Source: Lingula anatina (lineage: Eukaryota > Animalia > Brachiopoda). From it: 64,000 bases of DNA. How positions within the stretch are numbered: position 1 is the stretch's first letter; each line of letters starts with the position of its first letter. Positions 1 through 13,800 of this stretch are shown here, piece after piece. The translations under genes were made by a program, and so were the position numbers. The notes beneath the pieces were generated by a model, which was given only the letters and a program-made list of their open reading frames with translations, had not been told where the DNA came from and did not search any database. The stretch spans positions 14,818,001 through 14,882,000 of the forward strand of contig CM120640.1 in the NCBI GenBank assembly GCA_051362555.1, in the 5' to 3' direction.

Positions 1-404
1 TTCTCAGAGTTAATAACATTCCATTTTTTCAATATCTCCTTTTGAGCAATACGACTTCTGCAATAAACAGAGAAAGGTCTCCTCGGCAAAACTGGACCGA
101 ATATAAGTTGTGGCAAGGATGAACTTCAAGCATGACAATAAATATAATGACATTTTCACAAAGAGCTCTAAGAATTTATGGTGTCTGATGTCCACGGCTA
201 CACAAAGACTTATTGTTCTCAGAGCCCTATTCATTTCAAGTTACTTCCGATTTATTTTGATGAAATTCATTTCAAAATAAAACACATTTTACTATACAAA
301 ACATCCTTTCTATATAAATTTAATCTTTTTCTCATCCATGTACATTTTGACAGCATCTGTTAATATGTTAAATACCCACCTGCAAGCCTTACTCTTTCAT
401 CAAA

Positions 405-409
<5 letters not shown>

Positions 410-440
<31 letters not shown>
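410..440. repeat. (TA)n microsatellite
   Basis: Direct reading. Confidence 0.95.
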
Positions 441-443
<3 letters not shown>

Positions 444-1851
444 CCTTTTAGAGCATAATTTCCTTTTCTACAAAAATAAAAAAAATACAACCCATTTACA
501 TAAATCAAAGCACAGGTATAACAATAAACACTAAAAAATATAGAACACAACTTCCTTTTTAATAATTCTGTGATGTATATTATGAATCTGCTTAACATAT
601 CTTATTCTTTTAAAATGTTGACTGAGACTGCTTTGAAAACTTGTCAAAAAGCTCAATGAAACTGTTGGATAACAAGTAATCATATTTAGTTGATCAGACT
701 AGTGCATCACAACAATTAGCCTTTAGACTAATTCCCTCTTTTCAGTCTACTTTCTCATGCTATCTATCAGTTTGTGACCTGGCACAGTGGCTTTTTAATA
801 CTGGCACATTTTCAATATATATATATATATAACACCATGGTAATTACTCAATCTTTTCAATGGGCAAAATTTATCAGTCTTTCAGACACATAATTTTAGA
901 ATTATAAAAATGATATTTCTATAAAGCCATTGTGGTGCTTTATCTGCATAGAATTGAACTAAGACTATGACTAAGCCCATTTTTCAATTTTGTTCCTACC
1001 GCTCTATAAGAATTTTCTAATTTCTAAATTAACACTTAAGAAATAAGGTTTCTGTAAAATTCACTGTTTTCCCCACTGAAAAGATTGAATCATTTCCAAA
1101 TATCATATTTCACATTTTGACAAAAAGAATAAATAAATAAAAGAATAATATTGAAGACATTTAAGGTAAACTAATGAATCAAAGGAATAATTGGAATAAT
1201 AAATTAATGAGGCATGATGCAACAAGAGATATTGGCAGAGCTATTTTTTATAAACGAATTACCAGAGGAAGGTATGCTAAGGATAATATCAGTTAATTTT
1301 AAGTGCTTTGAACTTTAGGAAAACTAATATAATTGTTCTGTATCATGACATGTTAAAATGAAAATTTCATTCAACCCCATTCTAAAAGATAAAAAATATA
1401 ATTATTGTTAAAAATTAATAAGTATAATCCCTGCATGCTTAAAAACCACTATTTATAATATTAAAAACTGATATGAATACTAAACATGTAAGAAAAATAA
1501 CATTAAGAAATGGAATGTCTAGAAGCAATAGAAATGTCCAAGTAACTACATTAAAAGGGACATACCAATACAATAATGATTGGAAAACTAAGATACCCTA
1601 ATATTTCCACTACAACCTCTTTATCACGAAATTGAATTTTGTAGAAAATCAAAAAGTTAATTGATTTGCTCATGATAACTGATTCTTTTAAAATACTGAT
1701 CAACACTATAAGTTATTAAGTTTATAAAAGAGCCCTGAGTTTCAATAAAGAGACACTATAAGTTATTCCTCATACATTTTCCTCTGCTTGAAATTTTTCT
1801 TAAATCTTAAGGGGAATACAATGAATCCAACACCTCATGCTTGTTTTGGAT

Positions 1852-4800
1852 TCAAGAGGTCACTATCTCTACTTGTTCATATTCCTGTCTGGCAAATGCT
1901 ACAAAAACCTGAAATATGAAATTTATAATCTGTTAACAAATTTTCTCCTTTAAATTTTGATTTGTATGAAACCCCTTGATAAGGATGAGAGATAAATGTC
2001 AGGATAAGAATGTATTGAAAAAAAAAAACTTGTAGAAAATGTCTTGGTTCTGGTGTTAATATTGTTTGAATATTTTCAGATGTCTAGGTAATTCATTTGT
2101 AAGTGCATCCAGTAGGGTTGAAAAATGGATAGAACAAGAAAGATGGAACAAAAAATAGAAAAGCAAAACTGTAACAGAAAGAGAACAGCAGTTGTACTCA
2201 TACCTGCTCCAGAGTGGATTGACTGAAGCTGTATTCTTCCACATCATTGACTTCTTTGGCTGGAAGAATTAGCAAAAACCATCATTAACAATCTAATGCG
2301 AAAATAATTTTTAGTGTAACGCAATGACACAATATTATTTGTTATGTCTCAAAATAGCACCTACGGGTAGGTAATCTGATCTCTCAGTATTTTGATTAGA
2401 AGGGTAATGGTCTACTTTCCCATCTATCAATTCTACCTATGCCTTCTCTTTATATGTATTATTAAGCATACAATTGAACCAGTTTGAAAAAAAGAAAGAA
2501 AAAAATGTAAAAAAGCAGCTTATTTTATGCAACCAGTGTACAAAACTACAGTGTTCTCCAAAGTCTCACCTCTCTCCAGTGAAGCAAACACCTCAGCCAG
2601 TGACTTCACATCTTCCTGGGGGATCTTAAACTGAGCACGGTCTCCAAACAGCTCCAGTTCTTCAATGTCTGGAAACACCGTCTTCAGCTCATGTTTCAGG
2701 ACAGCCCACTTCTGCTCCTGCTCTCCTGCGGTCAGCCCCTCTGCTCTTAACTTGATCTCCAGGACATAGCCCTGGCCAAACTTCAGCTTAAGGTGTTGGC
2801 TGGCTCCCATGCACCTGCAAGCATATACCTCAGACTGTGAAATTGCATGAATTTAAGGGATAACAACTGTTCATGATAATTCATGATTCATGATTAGTGG
2901 ATAACAACTAATCATGAATTACAGGGATAACAACTGGTCATGAATTAAACTGATCATTTGGCCCCTAAAATTGCACTTTCCTGGGGTAAACATCAATTTT
3001 CCCAGAGTTGTTATCCCCTCAGTACTGTCTAAATAACTCGAAATCCCTTTTTTATATTAAACACTGCAATATTAAAGCAATAATAACTCTTCCTTTGAGA
3101 TTCAAAATTCCGCAAGAAATACATTGTAAACAACGCCTGGAAATATATTCTATTGCATTTTCCCACTAAAACGATTGTTATTGTAGTAAAACTAAAATCT
3201 GTGCTTGTCACTTGGGCTTGCGATGCCTTTCTTCGCGGTCGACAAGTGCATCCGTTGCCAATGACGTTTAGGTGTCACGCGGATTCTCGCGTTCATTCGA
3301 GACCAAAATAACATGGCGGGAAACCCTCAGACGTAAGTTGCGAGTTTTTGTACAGTGCGTCGGATAACGAAAAGCCCAGAATAGCACACATTGTAGATAT
3401 AAATGCATTTTGAGCAAAAAGACGAATATATCTTATGAATCGTATAATATTGTTATATAGTGTTGTTGTTGTCTGCTTTTCCCGCGGTTTTAAGTAGGTC
3501 ACCAGAAACTATCGCTCGATACGAGAGGGCTCCGTCAGTTAAAATCTCTTAAGAGATTTTAACAAAAAACCGTACGTTTAGGAAAAAAACCCTGGACTAA
3601 TTTTGAATGCAGGAATGGGGTCGTTGACCATTGGTAAGTACGGGAAAATTGCCGTTTTTTCCAGGAAAATCGTATTTTTGGCCAAAACGAAGAGTTATTA
3701 TGACTTTAAGAAGTGTCATAATTTCATTTAAAATTTAAGTATTAATTTTTATATTCATATATCTTAGGACCAATGGTTTTGAAGTCCTTAAATCTATTTG
3801 TGGTAACATATGTAGAAATGATTCTATGGTAATTTCATCCTTTTCACCTCAGTCTACAAGAATATGAATACAGAAAACCTCTTTTCTGCATTAAAGAAAA
3901 ACAGCGCAAGCAATGAACATGTTTTCTGCTTGAGACAAATAGAGAAATCATTGAACTATTTCTAATCGGCCAGGCAGACCTACTTGAATTCTCCTCCCAC
4001 CATGATACCAATGCGTGTGCAGAGGGCGTCTGCCTCCTCCATGGCGTGGGTGGTCAGAATGGCGCCCCTCTCTCCACTGCCATTGAACATATCTGTGATG
4101 GTATCCCTACAAATTCCAATTTACAGTTTTAAGTGTAGATGGTTGCTTGACTTAGGCCTTTGTTGTCTAGTATTGCATAAACTGTTGTTTTATGTGGACA
4201 CAGATAATAAATCATGATTTCTAACAATGAAAAGTGCAGTGCAACTGGGAAAAGTCCACTTTTATCAATTACTCATTTCATTTTTTCTGAGAATGAGTGA
4301 AATGTTTAAATTTCAATATTGCAGCCTTTTATTAAAAAACAGCTTTAATTAAATAATCCTACTGAGTAGCAAACAGGTAACGAGTTACTCAATCTGTTCA
4401 CTGTTTTTTTTTTCTTTTTTTTTTTTTTTTTGGGGGGGGGGGCAAATTTACAGGGAATATTGCTGCAAACTGCAATTTTTCTTGCAAATTTGCAGCCATA
4501 TGGCTGCTACTTCGCAACAATAATTTATTTTCTTGCAAACTCCTGAAAACTCTATGCTGCAAACTTTCAGTTTGCAACAATTTTGCTGCAATACTGTTGC
4601 AAACTTTATTTTGCTAAGGGCTGTGCTATATGGCAATCACTGTTACCATAGAAACCTCTTGGAGGCAGGGTCCAGCCCAGTGGAAGGCTCATCCATCAGG
4701 ACAATCTTTGGCTGTCCCAGCATGCTGATGATGAAGGAGAGCTAAAAGTCAAATCAACATGGGTTTTTAGGTGGAATTAAATTGTTGAATAAAATAATGG

Positions 4801-7800
4801 TGTGTTTTGTGTACTAAATGAATTTTCAAAAAGGTTAATCTGTAAAATTTAGATAAAATTTTAATTCATAATTTTCTTAGTAACATTTAGTATCTCTTTC
4901 TTTTCCCTTTTCTTTTTGATTTGACTTTGGCAATTTACTTCTTACATTTTGAGTATTACAAAATCTTAATGAGTTTGGCATCATGAAAAAAAATGAACTC
5001 ATTAAAAAAAATCAACCTAAAACCCTAATGCTACAGTATCAAAAAAAATGAAGTGCAACTTGACAGTCTAAGAAAAACAACAAGCCCAGTGTGTACATAC
5101 CTTGCGTTTTGTTCCCCCAGACAATTTATTACTTCTCTTGTTAGCGTGTTCTGTGATCTGGAGAGCCTCCATGAAACTAGAACAAACACATTACTTAGGC
5201 CATCTTCACAATTAGAAAAAAATTGGACTAGAAATACTTAACATAAGGACTTAATTAAACTAAATTAAGTTAAATGACCCGTAAAATATTTTAACTGGAG
5301 AAATGAAAACCCCATTATCTAATTCAAACAGCCTGTAATACAAGTTATCAAAACGACAGAAAAAGGCTGTAGGAAAATCCCTGTGTTTTTTTAATATCTG
5401 TTTAGCTACTTCAAATCTAATGTTCTTCTTACTAATCCACAATCTTGGTAATATCCTTCTTTGCCAGCCCTCTGATGGTAGCAAACACCTCAATATGGTC
5501 CCTGAGTGTCAGGTAATCCCACAGAGCATCGTGCTGTGGACACAACCCCACATAGCGGAAGGCTTCAGAGATGTTGGATGTTATGTCATAACCTGCCACA
5601 GTCACCTGGAATCAAAGGAATATCAATAAAAATAAATATAAATATGTGTTAGTTTACCTCAGTAAGAGCATTTAAAAGCATAATATACTGGAGGCAATTA
5701 TAGATGTTTTATATTAAATCCCTGCCATAAATTAACCTGGCATAGTATGGTAGTCAGCCTGAAAGCAGCATGAAAGTTTGCTGAAAATAACCAAGATATG
5801 CCAAGCAAACAATAGGTTGACCTTCATAAAAAGGGCAAAAACAAGATATCAAGGTTCCACATATCTACATATAAAAGCCATTCCTGATTTTCACTGGCAA
5901 TTTAAACATAGATACCAAATGAAAGTATTTCACTCAAGTCCAAGTTTCAAAATTCAAAACTAATGCAGTCAGTCAAATTTTTTTTAGATCACAGTGACCC
6001 TACCTTTCCTCTAGTGGGAGCATACTCAGCTGTGATGCAGTTAATAGTGGTCGACTTCCCAGCCCCGTTGTGTCCCAGCAAACCAAACACTTCTCCTGGC
6101 TGGACCGCAAAACACAGGTTGCGCACAATGACCTTGACCTTGGAGGCACCGATGCCACAGCATCCTTGACCAGTTCTTTTATCAAATTCCTTCCTGAGGT
6201 TTTTTACAACCAGCACTGGGGCATCCTACATTACAAATATCTTTATGTATTGTATTGGAGGAAATGGATACAAAGATATGGCCCACCCTGTACATTCTTA
6301 AAAATATCTTTTCTTTATTCTCTCTCTTTCTCTCCTAACACTAGTAGCTACAAAATTGCAGTGTTACAGAGATTTCCATTAATTAAGTCATTTCCAATAA
6401 TTCGAAAATTTCATCTTGAATTGACTAATGTGGTGATTTTCATGTACACTTGAAGCAGGGGATATGTCACATGTGTACTGATATTGTTGATGATGAAAAC
6501 CACACCCTTTCCTTTATATGTAAATCAATGCATTAAGACAGACAGCAAGGCAATTCATTATAATTGAAGATTGTTTTAAAAAAAGTTGGCAAAAAAATAT
6601 ATTTATATTTCAGCCGTTACCCGATATATGGCATATATCTTCAAATGTCCTTTTCCTCTTTCAATTTGAATATGTCACAGTCACCCAATGTGGATTCCCA
6701 CTGTGCATACATATTCCAAGATTTAACTTGACACAGTGACACACAATAAAAAAATCAAGCTAAAATATCATGTTCTCTACCCTACTCACACTACTACAAG
6801 AATATGCATCAAGCTCTTCAACTCGTCTTCTTTCCTCCAGTACATCTAGGTCCTCCTTCTCTATATGGTCTTTATTGGTTGCAGACACAGCATTGCCCTT
6901 CTTCCGAGAACAGAATAAAGCATCTCGTGCACTGCCGCCCATACTGGTAACATCGGCCAAACGGAGGAGGAAAAACCAAATGACGACCTCCACAAGCATC
7001 TGTGGAATAGGTTAAAAATCAAATGATTAGTTTTTCAAGGAAAAAAAATTTATTTTGAGGAGAAAATAATTAGTGAAAGTAAACATGTATAGCTGCTAGT
7101 TTCACCTATTAACATATCCCCAAGCAAACAGTTAAATAACAAATTGCTCTTACCAAAAGCAAGGTGAAAAGAACATGCCGATCTGCTGTAAAATAGTCTC
7201 CAAATGTTATCTCATTTTCCCTGCCTAAAATCTGAAATCCTTGATAAACCTGAAGTAAAAAAATCACAACACCATTCATTTTTCTGAAAATAATAATAGT
7301 AATAATAATAATGAAAATAATAATAAGTCATATGGTTGTCAAGAATTGTGCTAGCAGTGAAAAATTGATGAAGAGAACAACGCATATACAACAGACAAAG
7401 CAGATGACGGCAGACCCAAGGGACGGCTATATGTATAGACACACTGAGTCTGTTTACAAAAAACAATAAATAATGGTAACACTAGCTGAGTGAAAGTTTT
7501 AAATTCAGCCATTGATATTCAGTTCACTTGACACTGTGAGTTTGCAGCACATACATATCCAAATGTTACACTTGATGGTTTCCATCATATATGAAAAGCC
7601 AGATTGTTTAATTTCGAGAATAAGCCTTTATTTATTCAGACTTTGATACTTGCCTTTCCGATGAAATGCACCAGACCAGCTATGGTGTAGAGGGGGCTTA
7701 CAATGCAGAAAAAATAGTGAAGTGCCACTGAAGCAGGAGCAGACACTGGATCCAGAAGAGACACCACCAAATACGGAATGGTCCCTCCCTGAAATGTGCA

Positions 7801-10800
7801 TTTACATTTTGCTTAATACATAAAATTTCATTTCAGAATATGTTTATCTGAGCATATTACAATTAATGAAATGATAAAACAGTCATAACATTGCTAATTA
7901 ATTGTGTCAATCTCTTCAAAGGAATTTCTAAAATTTCAAAGTTCTGTTAACATTTTTTTCAAACCTACAAAATAACTAATACCTTCTTTTAGCAATAATT
8001 CTAATGAAAGAAAGAGAGGGAGAAGTACAGAGGTCCTATGTAACATTGAACTACACCTCCATACTATCATGTCAAAGCTCACACCTACCAGCATAGCAGA
8101 CCATGTACCAAAGCTTGAGGCACTTTCAGCTTTTTCAAACAGAAAAGATGTTGTATATCCAAAAAGAAGTCCTAGTGGAATGTAGATCAAGGAACCAACT
8201 ATGAATGTGAAGATGGCACCGGCATGGGTAAAAGACCGTGGCTGAACAGCCAGGGAACCGCCCGTCATGATCACAACTCCTGACAGGCACTGCACACCGT
8301 CAACAAACAGAAAACCCAGCCAGTACATGGCATTTGTGATGCCAGCTATTCTGAGCATGGCTCGAGTTTTTTTCTGAAAAATAAATATATACATATTATA
8401 ATAATATATATATTTTATGCATTGTCATATATATATATATGTTCAAGTACATGTATTGAATATTACAAGTCCTCCAAAGTCTTCACCAAAATATACAAAA
8501 CACAAATAATGCAATGAAGCTTGATTACAGATCTTGTTTAAAGAGTGCCAATTTAAAGTACTTTGCTTCACAATATGCTTTAAAAATTTGAAAAATCAGA
8601 AATGTTTTCCAGCAAATTATAATTAACAACAAAATATTCTTGACAAAAATGTCCAGCCTGAACCTACCTGCCTGTCTTCAGTGACCTGATAGCCAAACAT
8701 GGATGTCAGCAGAGCATAGCCCAATGATAAAAGGCGAATGGCATTAAATGTATTGCCATCAAAGCCCACAAGGGGGTTCAGTTCCGGCAGAGCCTGAGAT
8801 GTAATATTCCATGTCCACTGTTGTCCAGTGAGGCTGGACAGCATGGTGTTACTCCACTGGTTCAGGAGAATGGGAATCACATGGGTAGCTGAATCATTGT
8901 ACAGAACCTTGAGTGATGCATTGAATGCCTGAAATGAAGATAATTTTAGTATGTAACCAACAGCTAAATCACACAAATATTAACAAATGCAAACAATACT
9001 TTTTGATTTGCCAAAATGCAGAAATGATTTTCTGAGACTTTTTTTTCTTGAAAAAAGTACAAATTAAGTTCCAGAATATGCCATCTGGGATGCAGTTGAA
9101 AAAATATTTGACTTAATTTTGAACTATTTTATATTTGTTTTTGGTTACGAAAGTTATATTCATATCTGTTAAACATAAGGTATTTCATTTCTGTCCATAA
9201 AACTGTAAGGCCGAAAGAGACTGTATAGCACAGTGAACAAATTTCCTTGTATGTCATAACTTGTCAATTATGTGGAAAGCCTGGGTTGTTTTACCTGTGC
9301 TTGGACATCAAATATGGACAGGTTATATGCTATGTAGTGAGGAGCTAGATCCTGCAGACTACTAGATGCATTCAGCTCAGCAATGTAGTTCACAGTCTCT
9401 CGGAGAGAATTGATGAACGGATCAACCGGGCCACCTGAAGAAGAGAAGTATTTATCTGACAGTCTGTGCCATTAATTTTCAGCTTATTGGCCATTCCAAC
9501 CAACAGTTATCTAAAATCTACTGGTTCAAACCAGGATTTACTGGTTCAAACCAGGATTTACTGGTTCAAACCAGGATTTACTGGTTCAAACCAGGATTTA
9601 CTGGTTCAAACCAGGATTTACTGGTTCAAACCAGGATTTACTGGTTCAAATAAAAATTTCAGCAAGACTGGACATTTCCCCCTATTGCATTGTAAATTTT
9701 TTGATAAAATATTAGTGATATCAAGACTTTGAGTTTACCAAATATTTTTAATCATCATGTAATTATTACATTGCAAAAAAAAAATTAAATCAAATTGATA
9801 GGTAATTTGAAAACTTGTCAGACGACTAAATGCACTGGTCTAAACAAAATTTTACTGGTTGCTGGTTTAGGACAAGTGTCTTATGTTGGAGACTGATCTG
9901 GTCATGCAAGAAAATTAGGGAAACTATTTATTTCTCCAATGTCCAAAATGATAATAGTCCAGAATTATAATAATAACAAATGATGAACAATGGGGAAATT
10001 AACCCCTTTTTTCACTAAGTCAGCCATATACAAGTTTTTTTTAAGCCCAATGTACTAATAAACTGATTGTATATGCTTGAGGGAGTACTTCTTGTTATGA
10101 AAGCAACACTAAGTTTCAACTACATGCCTTCTATTTTATCATTTTATTGAATTTTGTATGAAAAAAAGGTTAATGTTGATAGCAATCTTCCAAATCTAAC
10201 TGACTAATGTTCAACTGTTTTGAAAAATCAAAATTCATATATCAAATCTACTGATATCTCTTCTTTTCAGTCTTCTTTTCAAATCTGAAAAAAAAATCAT
10301 TCATTTTCCATACCTGTAGAGTTAAGCCACAAAACCGGCGTCTGTTCTGCAATACCTGCCATCCTGGCTGCAGAGTTAGACAGCTGGTTGGTAGGAGGGT
10401 TACTGAAGTCAAAATCAGGTCGGATAGTCAATAAAGCTGCGCCTCCTATGCCACAAGCAACTGGTAAGATCCAACGGATAATTGCCAAAATCCACAGCCT
10501 GTGCACTAGAATCAATCTCGTTCGCACCAGGCCCCAAAACTGCTGTTTCTCTCTCAATTCTGGGTTGGCTATGACTTCTGGCCTGTGTATGTCTTGAAGT
10601 TGAACCGCAGTTGTCTCATCGTCGTTGTTTATCGCTAATGCTGCTCTTGAATGTGTTATGGTAGTATCTTCATCTTTTACATCAAGAAGTTTCTGAAGAT
10701 CTTCTTCTTCTTTTCCTTCTTCAGCTTAAGAAAATATATCAGTTGTACTTATCAAAATCAACAAGCTACTAGTTAAAAAATATTTTGTTATTTTCTTCTA

Positions 10801-13800
10801 AATCCTCTTAAATAATATCTGTACATCATGTATTGAGCACTTAAATGAATAAATACTAATTTTCATGTTCACAACTTTCCATTTATGACTATATATAATT
10901 TCAATAAATGCATCTTTATATTAGAATTTATTAATTAATCAACAGGTATAAATCAGTTATAGCTCATGTCACAACTTAAAGATATTTGCTTTTCAGCTTA
11001 CCTAATTTGAGAAATACTTCTTCTAAAGTAGGCATAGAAATCCCAAAATCATTCACACCTAATTGGTCAGCAAATCTCTTACCCCCTTCAGTGTTTTCTA
11101 GAGCCTCAAATAATCCTGAAATAGATACAAAAATGTGCCAAAAATATGCATGATACCATTTATTCTCAAATCATGGTTTTGTGGTGGAAATCCCATGTGC
11201 ACTTTTCTTTAATTTTGAAATTGAAAGTTATTTTAATCCAAGCCTCTCTCTCTCTCTCTCTCTCAAATAACATAGGTGTATAATCATTCATGCATGCACA
11301 AAAGCTTGTCTGTTCGCACCAGTGTATGTGTGAGCACACTGGTACATCATCATCATCATCATCATCTGTTCATACATGCCATGTGTACACAGCTCTAATA
11401 TAACCAACCTGCAAATCTTTCTGTTTGGTCCATGGGCAATGTGTATGTTAACACCATCCCGTGGCTCCTGGTCAGCTTGGACGAGGGGACATGATGCAAC
11501 ACCAGCTCGGTCACTTTGTCTTGGTCACAATTTTGGTCAATCACCATGCTATAGTTTAATATATATAGTTTAAATATATATACATTTTTTTCATGAAAGT
11601 CTTTGCAATATTTCTTCCCTACAAATACATCTCCATTCAACTAACTTGTCACTAAATTGTGCTTTCTAAAGGCATGTTACAACCTTTTTTTAATACTAAT
11701 ATTACTGCCGAATACCTATGCCATATATCAATATTATATAATAGACTGAAGTGAAATAAATGCCATTTGCAAAGTTGACAAAGGTGCACACAGTATCTGC
11801 TTATAATAATGTTTTACATTGTAAGTGCTTGCTAGTGGTGTTGTTACTGTGGCTTACTTGAGTCTATATCCAATCCCAAACTTGTTCTTCAGATACATGG
11901 AGGAACCACAGCATTTTAACTGGCCTTTAGAAAGGATGGCTTTACGATCTGGAATATACAGTTAATTACAGGTTTTCCACATACAGTACTTACAAAAGTC
12001 CCAATTCATGCTTTTAAGTCTAAGTATCCTGCAAAACTACATAAAAATTATCTTTTCAATATATTTGGCAAATGTAAAAAAAAGGTTAAACTCCTTCAAT
12101 AAAACTACCTAAGGTCAATATTTTCTTTGGAACTTAAGGGAGGGGGGGTCTAAATGGATCATTCACTTAGAACTTAGTTATAACTTGAATTCAAGTGCAA
12201 GATGGATCAAGCAGTGGTTTTCTTAGTTAGGGAGGAAACTTGCTTTTTCTCTAGCAATTAGTCTGAAACATCTGTACAGGAATAAGCAATGGAGCGGCCT
12301 TCTCTATCACAAAGCATTCAACCACAAGATCTCAAAAGTGTCTTTTAAAAAGTACAAATACATCATAAATACATGTCCATACTTTAAAAAATTTCCATTT
12401 GCTTCATTCCAATCAATATCATTTTTAACGTTTAAAATACTTTCAGGTTAAAATTTTTTAGAATAAAATAAAATAAAGCATTTTATATAACCTTACCAGC
12501 CAAGATGTCAGCTTCATCCATGAAGTGTGTTGTGAGGAGGATAACCTTCCCAGGACGCACCTGCTTCAGCAGCGTCCACAGCTTTCTGCGAGAATAAGGA
12601 TCCATTCCTGCTGTGGGCTCATCAAGAAATATCACCTGGAGAACATGTCGACAGAAACTCAAGAACCCTTTCAACACGACCTTTAAACACTATTACCATG
12701 AGTTGAAGGGGCTTACATGTTATTAGTACCACCAGCGTGTACGCTGGCGGTACTCATGGTTTTAGTCCCGACCCGTCTCGTCCGGCTCCGCCGGCTCCGT
12801 TGGCTCCGCGTACTGGCGCCGGATACAAGTCACTGTTACCGCTTCTCCTCCTAGACCGCAAGGACCCCTGTCCCCATCTCTTGGATTTAGGTCACAAATA
12901 ACCTCAACTTGAACCCCCGGGTTTTTTTTGTCTCAGTTGGTGCATTGACCTGGGCGTGACGCTTGCTGAAATGCACCCTTGTCAAAATTTTTGAAAATTC
13001 AATGCCAATTATCTACCCTACGGAAGGAATTAAGGGGAAAAATTTCTACAGACGGCTTTCCAAAAGTCATATGTCTAGATTTCAAATATGCCCTTGGATT
13101 TGACCTTTGACCTTTATTTCAAGGTCAAACAGGCCAAAATTTAAAAAAAAAATGAAATTTTTAACGAAAAAAATAATTTGCGCTGTTATTCAGACACTAC
13201 ACAGACTTAACCAATAATATTATTGGAAAGTGTTACCCTTTGGGTCATCTTTCATCTCCGTGAATTTGGGGTCAATCAGTGCATTTTCACGGGAGTAGCG
13301 GCCACAAGATACCGAAACTGAAAACTGTCTCTATTCGGGAACCGTTAATGCTAGAGACCCGTTCTTTTGTGCATTTTGTAGAGCATGTAAAGCCCAACAT
13401 TGCAGGTGGTCTCCGTTTTTTTGTATTTCATACGGTTTTCGTGTTATGCTGTATTAAAAAGTACATTGTGGTGGCACATTATTGTAACTCAGAATTGTAA
13501 CATTTAGTCCCTTATATCTCCAAAACTGGTCCCTTATATCTCCAAAACTGGATAGGTCCATAGTTACTATTAAAGTTGAATAGGAAGTCATATACTGGCA
13601 ATCTGAGTGTGACCTTGAAATTGACCTTTGACCTACTTTTCATCATGAATTGACCTTTGCAAATTTTGGTTCCCTTTTATCTCCAAAACTGTCAGAGATA
13701 CGCCCATAGTTGCTATTGAATTTGAATAGAAAGTCATTAGAGGCAATTAACTGTGACTTTAAAATTGACCTTTGACCTACTTTTAACCATGAACTGAACT

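Noticed and set aside
9521-9650. Palindromic 20-bp repeat resembling a CRISPR array
   Set aside because: No spacers, eukaryotic intron, and derived from a MITE segment.
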